Shown here piece by piece: positions 19,301-28,585 of a DNA stretch of 64,000 nt. The notes beneath the pieces were generated by a model that saw only the letters and a list, made by a program, of their open reading frames with translations, ran no database searches and was not told the DNA's origin. The DNA is from Candidatus Latescibacterota bacterium (lineage in GTDB: Bacteria > Latescibacterota > UBA2968 > UBA8231): NCBI GenBank assembly GCA_965221775.1, contig CBDCSU010000005.1, positions 1,056,001 through 1,120,000 of the forward strand, given 5' to 3'. Made by a program: the position numbers and the translations under genes. Position 1 is the stretch's first letter; every line of letters starts with the position of its first letter.

Positions 19301-19411
19301 GACATCTGGCGCTTCGGCCGCGACCACGGCTACCTGCTCTTCGACCGCCGCGGCGAGGGGCGGATGCGGGTGCCCGTGGACTTCCGGGAGAAGGTGACGG
19401 CGTTGGACTGA
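16337..19411 (+). CDS. MrfA/SftH (Hrq1-like) DEAH helicase with DUF1998 zinc domain, fused to a YprB/MrfB-like DEDD exonuclease
   Basis: PTASGKT, DELH, SATIGN, STSALELGID, QRAGRVGR, YDHYPGGIG, CDCEEGCPSC; C-terminal FDLET, GFN..GFD, YCRNDV. Confidence 0.92.
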   Translation: MSLIPSPAPVDSPLIRRVSPDEGQPGSPAGADLAAYLRYLEETALSDSIVHRETLPPRPARHSRGLSHLGEGVGRVLAAAGIDRLWSHQEEGIGHLQAGRDVVVATPTASGKTLVYNAAVLADLLRHPSGFALYVFPLKALEQDQLDELRGLLTAMACGLTAEIYDGDTKRHVRDRIRRQPPNILITTPDMLHSGFLAFHEAWEEVWRNLRWVVVDELHTYNGIFGSHVLHLFRRLSRLCAASGSEPRYVTCSATIGNPRPLAEGLFGRPFTAVTRSGAPEAARHFLIADPVESPNTAAARLLRSAVLRRLRSIVFTRARVTTELIYRWATDHRPELRERISSYRAGYLPEERRQIESRLLSGDLLGVVSTSALELGIDIGGLDLCVLVGYPGSIVGTWQRAGRVGRQGRESVVVLLAGRDALDQYFARHPEQLFGRQIEDAVADPSNRYVLEQHLPCAARERPLTRDEPGYAELAGYAPALERLTEGGELLQSADGDTWFASRKRPHRRVSMRSIGESWSIVAGGSERRRHEASAGNGAAGGAESAPAGRGRAIGTVSGGQLHAECHEGAVYLHRGRQYLIGGRHPAKRQIEARVVDVPYHTRPKREKETEILEELACRPMHGYQAKLGRLLVRSQVTAFEKVRAGDQTVISRHPLECPVETFETVGFWLEMDAPFKKQLKRRGHHYMGSLHAAEHAAKSIFPLLALSKSTDVGGICYPMHPQLRKGAIFVYDHYPGGIGLAEKGFDMLDRLLELTLGLVEACDCEEGCPSCIHFPTCGAGNHPLDKAGCVHLLELLSGRASLDEESLEVDGLEAEPPLFADWESDGGEDGPGATEPEERHIVVFDLETQLSAAEVGGWNRTYLMRVSCGILWDSRGDEFVTYFEDGVPRLIEHLRSADLVVGFNCIGFDYSVLRGYTRFDFRDLDTLDMLREIRGQLNFRVSLNSLAQATLEEEKSADGLQALRWWKQGRLDLIEEYCRNDVRITRDIWRFGRDHGYLLFDRRGEGRMRVPVDFREKVTALD

Positions 19412-19432
19412 GGCGGGCCGAGCCGGCCGGGG

Positions 19433-19807
19433 TCAGAGCTGGGCCAGGGCGGCGATCAGCGCCGTCTGGGCGCCGAAGAGGGTGACCATGATCCCGATGG
19501 TCCAGTAGAACCGGGTGTCCATGGTCCGGCGCAGCTCGTCGAGGCGGCGATCGACCTGGGCGAACCGCGCGTCTACCTGGGCGAAGCGTGCGTCCACCTG
19601 CGCCCGAAGCTCACCCAGTTCCGTGCGCAGGCCCTGGATGTCCCCGCGGACCTCCGTGCGCAGCTCACGGAGGTCGTGCCGGTGCTGCTCGCGATGGTCC
19701 CGGACCTCCAGCCGGAGATCCTTGATGTCCTCGCTGATATGGATGGCCCAGTGCATCTCTTCGGCCGGGGGTTCCTGCGGCGGTCCACCGCTCTCGGGCT
19801 GCGCCAT
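19433..19807 (-). CDS. Coiled-coil protein with C-terminal membrane anchor (DUF1640-like)
   Basis: Heptad repeats AQVDARF x2 and AQVDRRL, then hydrophobic FYWTIGIMVTLFGA. Confidence 0.75.
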   Translation of the reverse strand: MAQPESGGPPQEPPAEEMHWAIHISEDIKDLRLEVRDHREQHRHDLRELRTEVRGDIQGLRTELGELRAQVDARFAQVDARFAQVDRRLDELRRTMDTRFYWTIGIMVTLFGAQTALIAALAQL

Positions 19808-20184
19808 GGCGTGATTCCGTGAAATGTAGGGGGCGGGCTGCACGCTTCACAGTGCAAAGGGGATGCCAGACCCGCCCTCTCCGGGACCCGCGGATTCGGC
19901 CCGCATCCGTGCTGCGGGGGCCTCGTCCGTGTGAGCCTCGGCACACGGGGGCGTGTGGGGCGCCGAGGATGCGCGGCGGTCGAGCCACGACGAGGGCGAA
20001 GGGTGTCGAGCTCGCAAGTGTCGCCCCCGGTGGGGATCGTGCGGCAGCACATCTGCCGGCCGGCCGCGATCGGCAGGGTCCCCGGGAGATCGATCCCGGT
20101 TGACCAGGGGCGACGGCGGCGGCAGATTCCGCGCGCCCCATCCCTTCGCCAGGACGGGGTGTCGCCGCCGCCCGGAGATGATCG

Positions 20185-21114
20185 ATGGCCATCGCCATGA
20201 CCCCCGCCCAGCAGCGGGACTTCGAGGAGAAGGGGTTCGTCGTCCTCGATGACTTCCTCGACGAGCCGGAGGTCGACCGCCTCCTCGCCGCCGTCGACGA
20301 GGTCGCCGCCCGGGTCAGGGACTCCTCGGGACTCGGCCCCGAAGAGCCCTTCGCCGTGCGCAACGCCCTCGCCCACCATGAGGCCTTCCTCGACCTCGTC
20401 GATCACCCCAAGGCCCTGCCTCTCGTCGTCGACGCCATCGGCTGGAACATCCAGATCCGCACCTCCCACCTCGACTACCGCCCTCCCTATCCCGAGGGGA
20501 TGCGCGCCGGCGCCGTCGGCCTCGGCGACGGGGAGGACCAGGAAGCCTATCGCAACGTCAACTGGCACCCCGACCTGGCCGGCAACTACCTCTTCGAGGC
20601 CCCCTCCCTCGACGGGCGGCTGCCCTTCATGGAGATCAAGATCTTCTACGCCCTCTCCGACCTCAGCGAGCCGAACCGCGGCAACCTGTGGATGATGCCG
20701 GGCAGCCACCTGCGTCCGGTGCGGGAGCTGAGGGAGGGCGGCGGGGTCGACATGGAGGGCGCCGTCGAGCTGAGAACCCCGCCCGGCACGGCGGTGCTTT
20801 GGCGCACGGCCACCTGGCACTGCGTGGGTCCCAACCTGTCGGACCGGACCCGCAAGATCATGCACGTGGGCTACCACTACCGCTGGCTGCGCCCCACCGA
20901 CTACGTGGAGCAGGACCACGCCCTGATCGCGCGCTCCTCCCCGACCCGCCGCCAGCTGCTGGGGGCCCTGAGTCCCGGGTCGCACCCGCTCGGGGAGGAA
21001 CCGGAGTTCCACCCCGCCTCCCAGTACTGGATCACCCGCAACTGGGACGACGTCCCCCTCAAGGCCTGGGCGGAAGCGCAGGCCGGAGCGGCGGCGGCGA
21101 CGGACCCGATGTAG
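20185..21114 (+). CDS. Phytanoyl-CoA dioxygenase (PhyH) family Fe/2OG oxygenase
   Basis: FEEKGFVVL, WHPD, MPGSH, TWH. Confidence 0.92.
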   Translation: MAIAMTPAQQRDFEEKGFVVLDDFLDEPEVDRLLAAVDEVAARVRDSSGLGPEEPFAVRNALAHHEAFLDLVDHPKALPLVVDAIGWNIQIRTSHLDYRPPYPEGMRAGAVGLGDGEDQEAYRNVNWHPDLAGNYLFEAPSLDGRLPFMEIKIFYALSDLSEPNRGNLWMMPGSHLRPVRELREGGGVDMEGAVELRTPPGTAVLWRTATWHCVGPNLSDRTRKIMHVGYHYRWLRPTDYVEQDHALIARSSPTRRQLLGALSPGSHPLGEEPEFHPASQYWITRNWDDVPLKAWAEAQAGAAAATDPM

Positions 21115-21132
21115 CGTCGTCCCAAGGCAACC

Positions 21133-22311
21133 GTGGCTGCCACCGACTTCTCCATCTCCGGGCTGACCGCCTTCCACGTCGCTTTCAGCGACGAGCCGTC
21201 GTACTGGGAGGACTACAGGCGCGGCGTGGCCGCCGCCGCCGGCGCCCGCTTCGAGTTTCGCGACGGCTGGCGCACCGTCTACCCGCGCCTCGTGGAGAGC
21301 GTGATCGTGCGCGTCCAGCTCGCCGACGGATCCACGGGCTGGGGGGAGGCGAACTGCCCCATCGGCCCCGAGGTGGCGGCCCTAGTGGCCGAGAGCCTGG
21401 TCCTGCCCATGGCCACCGGCCGGGAGTTCGGCCACCCGGCGGAACTCTGGGAGTTCCTCTACGACGCCCAGCGGGGGCGCGGCTACGCCGCCGGGTACTG
21501 GCTCGATGCCATGGCCGCCGTCGACATCGCCCTGTACGACGCCATCGGCCGCCGGGAGGGCGTGCCCGCCGCCGCCCTCTTGTGCCAGGAGCCCCGGGCG
21601 CAGATCCCCGTGTACCTCTCCGGCCTGCGCCGGGCCTCGCCTGACGACCGCCTGGAGCACCTGCGCGCCTGGCTCGACACCGGCCTGCGCGGGGTCAAGC
21701 TGTTCTTCGACGGGGACCTCGACGCCGGTACGGCGGAAGTGGAGTTCCTGCAGTCCGGGGCGGCTATCGAGCAGTGGATGGTGGACACCCTGTGGATGGT
21801 GGCTCCCGAGCGCGCCGCCGAGGCCCGCAAGCGCTACGGCGACCTCGGCTGCCGCTGGCTAGAGTGCCCCCTGGAGCCGGAGGATCTCGACGGCCACCGC
21901 GAGCTGCTCCGCCACCCGGGGGCGCCGATCGCCCTGGGCGAGCACTTCCGCACCCACTGGCAGACGCAGGCCTGGTTCGACCCGCCGGCCCTGGAGGTCT
22001 TCCAGCCGGACGTGGGCCGCACCGGCCTCAGCGACGGCCTGCGCCAGCGCGACCAGGCGGCCGCCGCCGGGGTGCCGACGACGCCGCACATGGGCAACGG
22101 CCTCGGCCCCTTCCAGGCCGCCACCCTGCACTTCGCCGCCGCCTGCAGCGACGCCTGCCTGCAGGAGTTCCAGGCCGGCCTGGCGGAGCGCGCCGCCCTC
22201 GTGGGCACCACCGCCTGGGAGTACGCCGACGGCGGGTTCCGGCTCCCCGACGCGCCGGGTCTCGGCGTCGAGATGGACGAGGCCGCCCTGGCCCGCTACG
22301 CCGGCGCCTGA
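21133..22311 (+). CDS. Mandelate racemase/muconate lactonizing enzyme family protein
   Basis: GWGE, DIALYD, MVD, WLECP, LGE, QPD, PGLGVEMD. Confidence 0.9.
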   Translation: MAATDFSISGLTAFHVAFSDEPSYWEDYRRGVAAAAGARFEFRDGWRTVYPRLVESVIVRVQLADGSTGWGEANCPIGPEVAALVAESLVLPMATGREFGHPAELWEFLYDAQRGRGYAAGYWLDAMAAVDIALYDAIGRREGVPAAALLCQEPRAQIPVYLSGLRRASPDDRLEHLRAWLDTGLRGVKLFFDGDLDAGTAEVEFLQSGAAIEQWMVDTLWMVAPERAAEARKRYGDLGCRWLECPLEPEDLDGHRELLRHPGAPIALGEHFRTHWQTQAWFDPPALEVFQPDVGRTGLSDGLRQRDQAAAAGVPTTPHMGNGLGPFQAATLHFAAACSDACLQEFQAGLAERAALVGTTAWEYADGGFRLPDAPGLGVEMDEAALARYAGA

Positions 22312-22623
22312 CCCCTGCCGGAGCCGCTCCCGCCGGGGGGACCGCGAATTGGTGAGGCGGCCCTGCTCCCGCTACGCCGGCCGCTGCGCAACCCTTCGCT
22401 GGCCCCGCAGCCCCGGATCGGCCATGAGGGCGGGCCTGAAGCGCAGGGGTCGCCAGCACCTCGCGCGCGTGCGCCGGCCGGGTAAGCGATCTTCGTTGCG
22501 ATTCTCGCGGGGGGCAGCTACAGCCTGCGCCCGGGGCGGGTGCTGCTCGAGTCCCGGCCCCCGCGGCCCAGCCCGGAGTCCGCCACTTGGGGAGGCGTCC
22601 TCTCCGCCGCTATCTTGCCGCCC

Positions 22624-23583
22624 ATGCCAGACCTCGACCGCGCCCTCCTCCTCGACCTCTACCGCACCCTCTGCACGATCCGCCGCTTCGAGGAGTCCTG
22701 CATCCACCTCTACCGCCAGGGCGGGATCCGCGGCTACCTGCACCCCTACCTCGGCGAGGAGGCGATCGCCGCAGGCGTCTGCGCCGCCCTCGGCCCCGAC
22801 GACTACATCGTCTCCACCCACCGGGGCCACGGCCACTGCCTGGCCCGCGGCGGCCGCCTCGACCGCATGTTCGCCGAGATCACCGGCAAGGCCACGGGCT
22901 ACTGCGGCGGCCTCGGCGGATCGATGCACATCGCCGACGTGGAGGCGGGGAACCTGGGGGCCAACGGCATCGTCGGCGCCGGCATCCCCATCGGGGTGGG
23001 CGCCGCCCTCGGGGCCACCATCCGCGGCGAGAGCCGCCTGTGCGTCGTGTTCTCCTCCGACGGCGCCGCCTGCCACGGGACCTTCGGCGAGGCCCTGAAC
23101 CTGGCGGCGATCTGGGACCTGCCGCTGCTGCTGGTCATCGAGAACAACCAGTTCGCCGTCTCCACCACCGTCGACAAGTCGAGCCGCCTCAGCGAGCTGC
23201 ACAAGCGCGGCCTCGGCTACGGCGTCGAGGGCACCCGCGTCGACGGCAACGACGTGGCCGCCGTGTACGAGCGCGCCGCCGAGGCCCGGGAACGCTGCCT
23301 CGCCGGCGACGGGCCGCTCCTGCTCGAGGCGATGACCTACCGCCACGCGGGGCACCACGTGAACGACCCCGGCGACTACATGCCCCGGGACCAGGTGGAG
23401 CACTACAAGTCCCGGGACCCCCTGATCCTCTGCCGGCGGCACCTGGCCGAAGCCGGAGCGCCGGAGAGCGAGGTGGACGCCGTCGACGCCGAGGTCGAAG
23501 CCGCCATCGAGGCGGCCCTCGAGTTCGCCCGCACCAGCCCCGAGCCGGACGTGGACGCCTTCGTCCACCAGCTGCCGCCGTGA
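22624..23583 (+). CDS. TPP-dependent 2-oxoacid/acetoin dehydrogenase E1 alpha
   Basis: STHRGHGH, GGSMH, GANGIVG, ENN, TYR..GH. Confidence 0.93.
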   Translation: MPDLDRALLLDLYRTLCTIRRFEESCIHLYRQGGIRGYLHPYLGEEAIAAGVCAALGPDDYIVSTHRGHGHCLARGGRLDRMFAEITGKATGYCGGLGGSMHIADVEAGNLGANGIVGAGIPIGVGAALGATIRGESRLCVVFSSDGAACHGTFGEALNLAAIWDLPLLLVIENNQFAVSTTVDKSSRLSELHKRGLGYGVEGTRVDGNDVAAVYERAAEARERCLAGDGPLLLEAMTYRHAGHHVNDPGDYMPRDQVEHYKSRDPLILCRRHLAEAGAPESEVDAVDAEVEAAIEAALEFARTSPEPDVDAFVHQLPP

Positions 23584-24590
23584 CCGCAGCCGCCCCTCCG
23601 CCCACGGAGCAGGGACGGACCCTGCTCTACCGGGACGCCGTGAACGAGGCCCTGCGCCAGGAGATGGCCCGCGACCCCTCGGTGTTCTGCATCGGCGTCG
23701 GCATCGGCGAGCGCGGCGGCTCCTACCAGATCACCAAGGGCCTGCACGCCGAGTTCGGACCGAAGCGCGTCATCGATACCCCCATCGCCGAGCCGAGCAT
23801 CGTCGGCGCCGGCGTCGGCGCGGCGATCACGGGCATGCGCCCGGTGGTGGAGGTCCTCTTCGTCGACTTCACCCTGCTCACCATGGACCAGGTCGTGAAC
23901 CAGGCGGCCAAGTTCCGGCTCATGTCCGGTGGCAAGGGCTCGGTGCCCCTGGTCCTGCGCACCCAGGGCGGGGTCGGCGACTCCGTCGCCGCCCAGCACT
24001 CGCAGAGCCTGGAGGCCCTGTTCTACCACATCCCCGGCCTCAAGGTGGCCATGCCGTCGACGCCGTACGACGCCAAGGGCCTGCTCACGAGCGCCATCCG
24101 CGACGACGATCCGGTGATCTTCATCGAGCACAAGCTGCTCTACATGACCGAGGGGCCGGTGCCGGAGGAGGAGTACGCCATCGACCTCGGCGTGGCCGAC
24201 GTCAGGCGGGCCGGCCGGGACTGCACCCTCGTCGCCTGGTCGAACATGGTGCCCCGGTCCCTGGAGGCGGCCGAGCGGCTAGCGGCCGAGGGCATCGAGG
24301 TGGAGGTCATCGATCCCCGCAGCCTGGTCCCCCTCGACCGCCACGCGATCCTGGAGTCGGTGCGCCGCACCGAGCACGTGGTCATCGTCCAGGAGGCCGT
24401 GCGCCGCGGCGGCGTCGCCTCGGACATGGCCTCCATCATCCAGGCCGAGGCCTTCGACTACCTCGACGCCCCGGTGGAGATCGTGGCCGGGCGCAACACG
24501 CCGATCCCCTTCAGCCGCGGCCTCGAGCAGGCCTGCATCCCGCAGGTGGACGATATCCTCGCCGCCGTGCGCCGCGCCGTGTACGCATGA
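23580..24590 (+). CDS. 2-oxoacid/acetoin dehydrogenase E1 beta
   Basis: DTPIAE, GMRPVVE, AQHSQSLEA, DPVIFIEHK. Confidence 0.93.
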   Translation: MTAAAPPPTEQGRTLLYRDAVNEALRQEMARDPSVFCIGVGIGERGGSYQITKGLHAEFGPKRVIDTPIAEPSIVGAGVGAAITGMRPVVEVLFVDFTLLTMDQVVNQAAKFRLMSGGKGSVPLVLRTQGGVGDSVAAQHSQSLEALFYHIPGLKVAMPSTPYDAKGLLTSAIRDDDPVIFIEHKLLYMTEGPVPEEEYAIDLGVADVRRAGRDCTLVAWSNMVPRSLEAAERLAAEGIEVEVIDPRSLVPLDRHAILESVRRTEHVVIVQEAVRRGGVASDMASIIQAEAFDYLDAPVEIVAGRNTPIPFSRGLEQACIPQVDDILAAVRRAVYA

Positions 24591-26050
24591 GGCCCGTGCT
24601 CATGCCCCAGGTGGGCGAGAACCTGACCACCGGCGTGCTCCTGGAGTGGTGCAAGGCCGAGGGCGAGGCCGTGTCGCGGGGGGACGTGGTCGCCGTGGTC
24701 GAGTCGGAGAAGGCGGCCTTCGAGATCGTGGCCGAGGAGGACGGCGTGCTGCTGCGCCAGGACGTCGCCGCCGGCGACCAGGCCCGGGTGCTGGAGCCGA
24801 TCGCCTGGATCGGCGCGCCGGGGGAGGATCCGGACGACGCGGATTCCGCGGCCCGGCCGCCGCAGCGAGAGGCTGCCGCCGGGACGCCATCCGCCGCGAG
24901 TCCGTCGTCCGCCGCGCCGGGATCCGCGACCGGGACAGAAACGGCGGCGGAGTCCGCGGCGGGTCCCAGGGCGCCGGAGCGGGAAGCAGCCGGGGCTGCA
25001 GTGGACCCGCGGCCCTCGCCGGCACCGGAGGCCGCGGCGGCCCCGCCGCCTCGGGAGTCACGCACCGAGCCGGCAGCAACCCCTCGCGCTACTTCCGCAC
25101 CCGCCCCGCCGCGGGCGCATGCACCCGCGGTGACCGGCCTGGACCCGGGGCCCCGGAGCCGGGCCGCGGGCCCTGCCCCCGCGGGAGCCCCCGCCTCCCC
25201 CTCGGCCCGCCGGCTGGCGCGCCAGCTCCTCGTGGACCTGTCCTCGGTGCGCGGCTCGGGCCCGGGGGGCCGCGTGGTGCGCCGCGACGTGCTCACGGCG
25301 GCGCTGAACGACAGCGGCGGCCCCGTGCCCGCGGCGGCAGCGGTGCCCGCCGTGGTCGAGCAGGGCGACCGCCCGGCGCCGCACTCGCGGCTGCGGCGGG
25401 CCGTGGCCGAGCGCATGAGCGCCAGCGCCCGCCACATCCCCCACTTCCACCTCTTCGCCGACGTCGACGTCACCGAGGCCCAGGCCCTGCGCCGGGGGCT
25501 GGGAGGGGATCCGGCCGTCTCCCTCACCGACCTGCTGGTGGCCGCCGCGGCCCGGGCCCTGCGCCGTCACGAGCGCATCAACGCCCACGTCGGCGACAGC
25601 GGCCTCGTCCTCAAGGCGGGGTGTCACGTGGGACTGGCCGTCGCCGTCGACGAGGGGGTCCTCGTGCCGGCCCTGGCCGACGCCGACCGCAAGAGCCTGG
25701 CGGAGCTCGCCGAGGCCCGGGCCGCCCTCGTGGAGTCCGCCCGCCGCGGCCTGGTGCCGCCGGAACCGGCGCCGACCTTCACGGTGACCAACCTCGGCGG
25801 CCACGGGATCACCCGGTTCCTGCCCCTGATCAACCCCCCCGAGTGCGGCATCCTCGCCGCCGGCCGCAGCGAGGAGCGGGTCGTGGCCCGGGCGGGGGCC
25901 GCAGCGGTGCGCGAGGTGATCACCCTGGTCCTGGCCTGCGACCACCGGGCCGTGGACGGCGCCTACGCCGCCGGCTTCCTGGAGGATGTCCGGCAGGGCC
26001 TGGAGCAGCCCCGCGACCTCGCTGCAGGCGGAGGTCCCGCCGCCCCGTGA
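24587..26050 (+). CDS. Dihydrolipoamide acyltransferase E2
   Basis: Lipoyl ESEKA, Ala/Pro linker, ASPSARRLA...GSGPGGR, DHRAVDG. Confidence 0.92.
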   Translation: MRPVLMPQVGENLTTGVLLEWCKAEGEAVSRGDVVAVVESEKAAFEIVAEEDGVLLRQDVAAGDQARVLEPIAWIGAPGEDPDDADSAARPPQREAAAGTPSAASPSSAAPGSATGTETAAESAAGPRAPEREAAGAAVDPRPSPAPEAAAAPPPRESRTEPAATPRATSAPAPPRAHAPAVTGLDPGPRSRAAGPAPAGAPASPSARRLARQLLVDLSSVRGSGPGGRVVRRDVLTAALNDSGGPVPAAAAVPAVVEQGDRPAPHSRLRRAVAERMSASARHIPHFHLFADVDVTEAQALRRGLGGDPAVSLTDLLVAAAARALRRHERINAHVGDSGLVLKAGCHVGLAVAVDEGVLVPALADADRKSLAELAEARAALVESARRGLVPPEPAPTFTVTNLGGHGITRFLPLINPPECGILAAGRSEERVVARAGAAAVREVITLVLACDHRAVDGAYAAGFLEDVRQGLEQPRDLAAGGGPAAP

Positions 26051-27018
26051 GCCCCGCCGCCCCCCCCGGCGCCCCGGTCCTGTCCCTGGGCGAGGCCCTG
26101 GTGGAGTTCATGCCGGAGCCGGCGGGGCAGAGCATGCGCCGCGCCGTGAGCTGGAGGAAGTACGCCGGCGGCGGGCCGGCGACCTATGCCGCCGCGGTGG
26201 TGCGCTGCGGCCGGCCGGCGGCCCTGATCACGCGCCTCGGGGACGACGCCTTCAGCGACTTCCTGGTCGACGCCCTGGCGGAAGAAGGGGTCGACGTGTC
26301 GCGGGTCTTCCGCGTCCCCGGGCGCCAGGCCGGGATCTGCTTCCACGAGTGCATCGAGGGGCGTACCACCCTGGCCTTCCAGCGCCGCGACTCGGCGGCC
26401 ACCACCCTCGGCCCGGAGGACATCGACCCCGGGGCCATCGCCGGCGCCGCCGCCCTGCACGTGCCCGGCACCACCCTGCAGATCAGCGACGGCGCCCTCG
26501 AGGCGTCCCTGGCGGCCATCGCCTCGGCCCGGGACGCCGGGGTCCCCGTCTCCTTCGACCCGAACGTGCGCGCCCTCCCCGGCGCCGCCCGAACGGCCGC
26601 TGCCTTCGAGGAGGCCGTGGCCGCTGCCGACGTGGTCACCCCCACCCTGGAGGAGGCGGCGGCGATCACGGGTCGCGAGGATCCGGTGGAGGCTGGCCGC
26701 GAGCTGCTCGCCCGGGGTCCGCGGCTGGCGGTGGTGACCCTGGCCGCCGAGGGCTGCGTGGTCCTGGCCGAGGGCGCGGAACCCGTGCGCTGCCCCGGCT
26801 ATCCCGTGCCGGTGGTGGAGCCCACCGGCGCCGGCGACTGTCACGCCGCAGCGACGACGGTGGGCTTTCTCGAGGGCTGGGGGCCGGAGCGCATCGGCGC
26901 TTTCGCCAACGCCGCCGGCGCCATTGCCGTCACTGCCATGGGCCACTTCGGGCCGGCCCTGCCGACACCGGACCGCATCTCCGAGCTGATGGGCAGGGGC
27001 CCGGAGGCAGGGCGATGA
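26047..27018 (+). CDS. PfkB-family sugar kinase
   Basis: GEAL, AGGGP, FDPN.R, PTGAGD. Confidence 0.92.
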   Translation: MSPAAPPGAPVLSLGEALVEFMPEPAGQSMRRAVSWRKYAGGGPATYAAAVVRCGRPAALITRLGDDAFSDFLVDALAEEGVDVSRVFRVPGRQAGICFHECIEGRTTLAFQRRDSAATTLGPEDIDPGAIAGAAALHVPGTTLQISDGALEASLAAIASARDAGVPVSFDPNVRALPGAARTAAAFEEAVAAADVVTPTLEEAAAITGREDPVEAGRELLARGPRLAVVTLAAEGCVVLAEGAEPVRCPGYPVPVVEPTGAGDCHAAATTVGFLEGWGPERIGAFANAAGAIAVTAMGHFGPALPTPDRISELMGRGPEAGR

Positions 27019-27866
27019 CTCCGCTGCGCATCGCCCTCGCCCAGACGCGCCAGACCGCGGACCGGCAGGACAACCACCGCGCCATCGTGGAGGCGATCGA
27101 TCGCGCCGGGCAGCAGGACGCGCGCATCCTCTGCTTCCCCGAGGCCCAGACCTTCGGCTACCGGGTGGACATCGCCGAGCCGGCCGAGCCGACCCCCCTC
27201 GCCTGGCTCGAGGACCTCCACGCCGAGGTGGCCCACCGCTGCGCCCGCTTCGGCATGGCCTGCATCCTCGGCACCGAGGTGCCGTCGGCAGGCGGCCGGC
27301 CCTACAACTCGGCCCTGGTCATCGACGAGGACGGCGTCTTCCTGGGCGCCCACCACAAGACCATGCTCACGCCGCTGGACGCGCTCGCCTACGAACCCGG
27401 CACCGGCGCCCACACCTTCTCCCTCTTCGGGGTCACCGTGGGCGTGGTGATCTGCTTCGAGGGTCTGCGCTTCGCCGGCACCACGGCCGAGTGCGTGCGC
27501 CGCGGCGCCCAAGTCGTCTTCCACCCACAGAACAACACCACCCGCCCCAACGACTGGAAGATCCCCCTGCACCACGCCATGATCGTCACCCGCGCCGCCG
27601 AGAACACGGTCTGGTTCGCCTCGTGCAACGCCTGTCTGCCCCACCAGAACAGCCGCAGCCTCGTCGTGGCTCCCGACGGCCGCATCCACGCCCGCACGGA
27701 GCTGAAGCGCGAGGAGGTCCTGGTGGCCGACATCGACGTCAGTCAGGCGACGCGGGCCATGTTCCGCCTGGGCGAGCGGGGGGCGGCGGCGGGGGCCCTG
27801 GAGGACAGCGCGGGACTGCTGTTCGCGGACACGGTGAAGCGGGAGGAGTATGCCGAAGACGGCTGA
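27015..27866 (+). CDS. Carbon-nitrogen hydrolase (nitrilase family)
   Basis: Catalytic E-K-C triad in FPE, HKT and ICFE. Confidence 0.9.
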   Translation: MTPLRIALAQTRQTADRQDNHRAIVEAIDRAGQQDARILCFPEAQTFGYRVDIAEPAEPTPLAWLEDLHAEVAHRCARFGMACILGTEVPSAGGRPYNSALVIDEDGVFLGAHHKTMLTPLDALAYEPGTGAHTFSLFGVTVGVVICFEGLRFAGTTAECVRRGAQVVFHPQNNTTRPNDWKIPLHHAMIVTRAAENTVWFASCNACLPHQNSRSLVVAPDGRIHARTELKREEVLVADIDVSQATRAMFRLGERGAAAGALEDSAGLLFADTVKREEYAEDG

Positions 27867-27888
27867 CTCTCAGATTGAAGGAGGAGAT

Positions 27889-28074
27889 ATGGGCCTCTTT
27901 GAGGGCGCTCAATTCCTGATAGTGATTCTCTGGTTCCTGCTATCGACAGCCTGGGCCGTATCGCTGTGGTGGGAGCTTCGCCGAGCTCGTCGGAGTGTGG
28001 AGGCGATTCAACGGGTTCTGGAGTGGGAAGGAGCAAAGGGCCGAATCCAGAACTGGCAGGAAGGGGGAGATTGA
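27889..28074 (+). CDS. Small membrane protein
   Basis: Strong RBS AAGGAGGAG, one hydrophobic segment, AT-richer codons. Confidence 0.5.
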   Translation: MGLFEGAQFLIVILWFLLSTAWAVSLWWELRRARRSVEAIQRVLEWEGAKGRIQNWQEGGD

Positions 28075-28085
28075 GTCGCGCGAGC

Positions 28086-28140
28086 CCCGCCGCTCAGGGC
28101 AGATGCCAGCGTACCGGCTCCAGGCGCGTCTCCTCCGGCG
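28086..28140 (-). repeat. Displaced copy of the 3' end of the BNR/sialidase gene (matches 28578-28632)
   Basis: Reads APEETRLEPVRWHLP* versus SPEQTRLELVRWRLP*; stop codon and 8 following bases conserved. Confidence 0.85.
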
Positions 28141-28220
28141 CCGAGGCGGGAGCAGCGGTGCATGGCGAGCTCGAAAACGCTTGCGCGGGAACCGCTTGGA
28201 GAAGCCTTGACGCTTAGGGG

Positions 28221-28256
28221 GGCGATGCTCACCTTCGATTCAAGGTGAGCATCGCC
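28221..28256. repeat. Perfect 15-bp inverted repeat
   Basis: GGCGATGCTCACCTT-cgattc-AAGGTGAGCATCGCC. Confidence 0.9.
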
Positions 28257-28296
28257 GCTCTTCTGCTCACACCCCTGACCTCGGAGGGAACCGCCC

Positions 28297-28503
28297 ATGC
28301 GCGCAGATCAACAGCCAGCCACGAAGGCCGACCTTGAACAACTTGAGCGCAATCTGAGGACGGAGATCCGGTCTCTGACGACGATCGTGGAGAGAAAGTT
28401 CGCCACCCTCGACGAGCGGCTGACTCTGGCGGGTCAGGCCCTGGCCGGAGACACAGACAGCTGGCGCGAGAGGGTGGTCGAAGAGATGGCCGAACAGGAG
28501 TAG
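28297..28503 (+). CDS. Small coiled-coil protein (DUF1640-like ATKADL motif), possibly truncated
   Basis: RBS GGAGGG; PATKADLEQLERNLRTEIRSL. Confidence 0.55.
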   Translation: MRADQQPATKADLEQLERNLRTEIRSLTTIVERKFATLDERLTLAGQALAGDTDSWRERVVEEMAEQE

Positions 28504-28585
28504 GGGTCGCCGGGCGCCGAGCCGGCGGCCTGCGGGGCTCAGCCGAAGTCCCGCTGAGCCCACCCGTTTGGGATGGACCCGCCGC

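Noticed and set aside
16337-19411. DISARM or Druantia defence system
   Set aside because: No partner genes adjacent; host-like codon usage and architecture fit MrfA-type repair.
19850-20180. Structured RNA or riboswitch in the intergenic gap
   Set aside because: Hairpins exist but are expected at this GC content, and no known motif was recognised.
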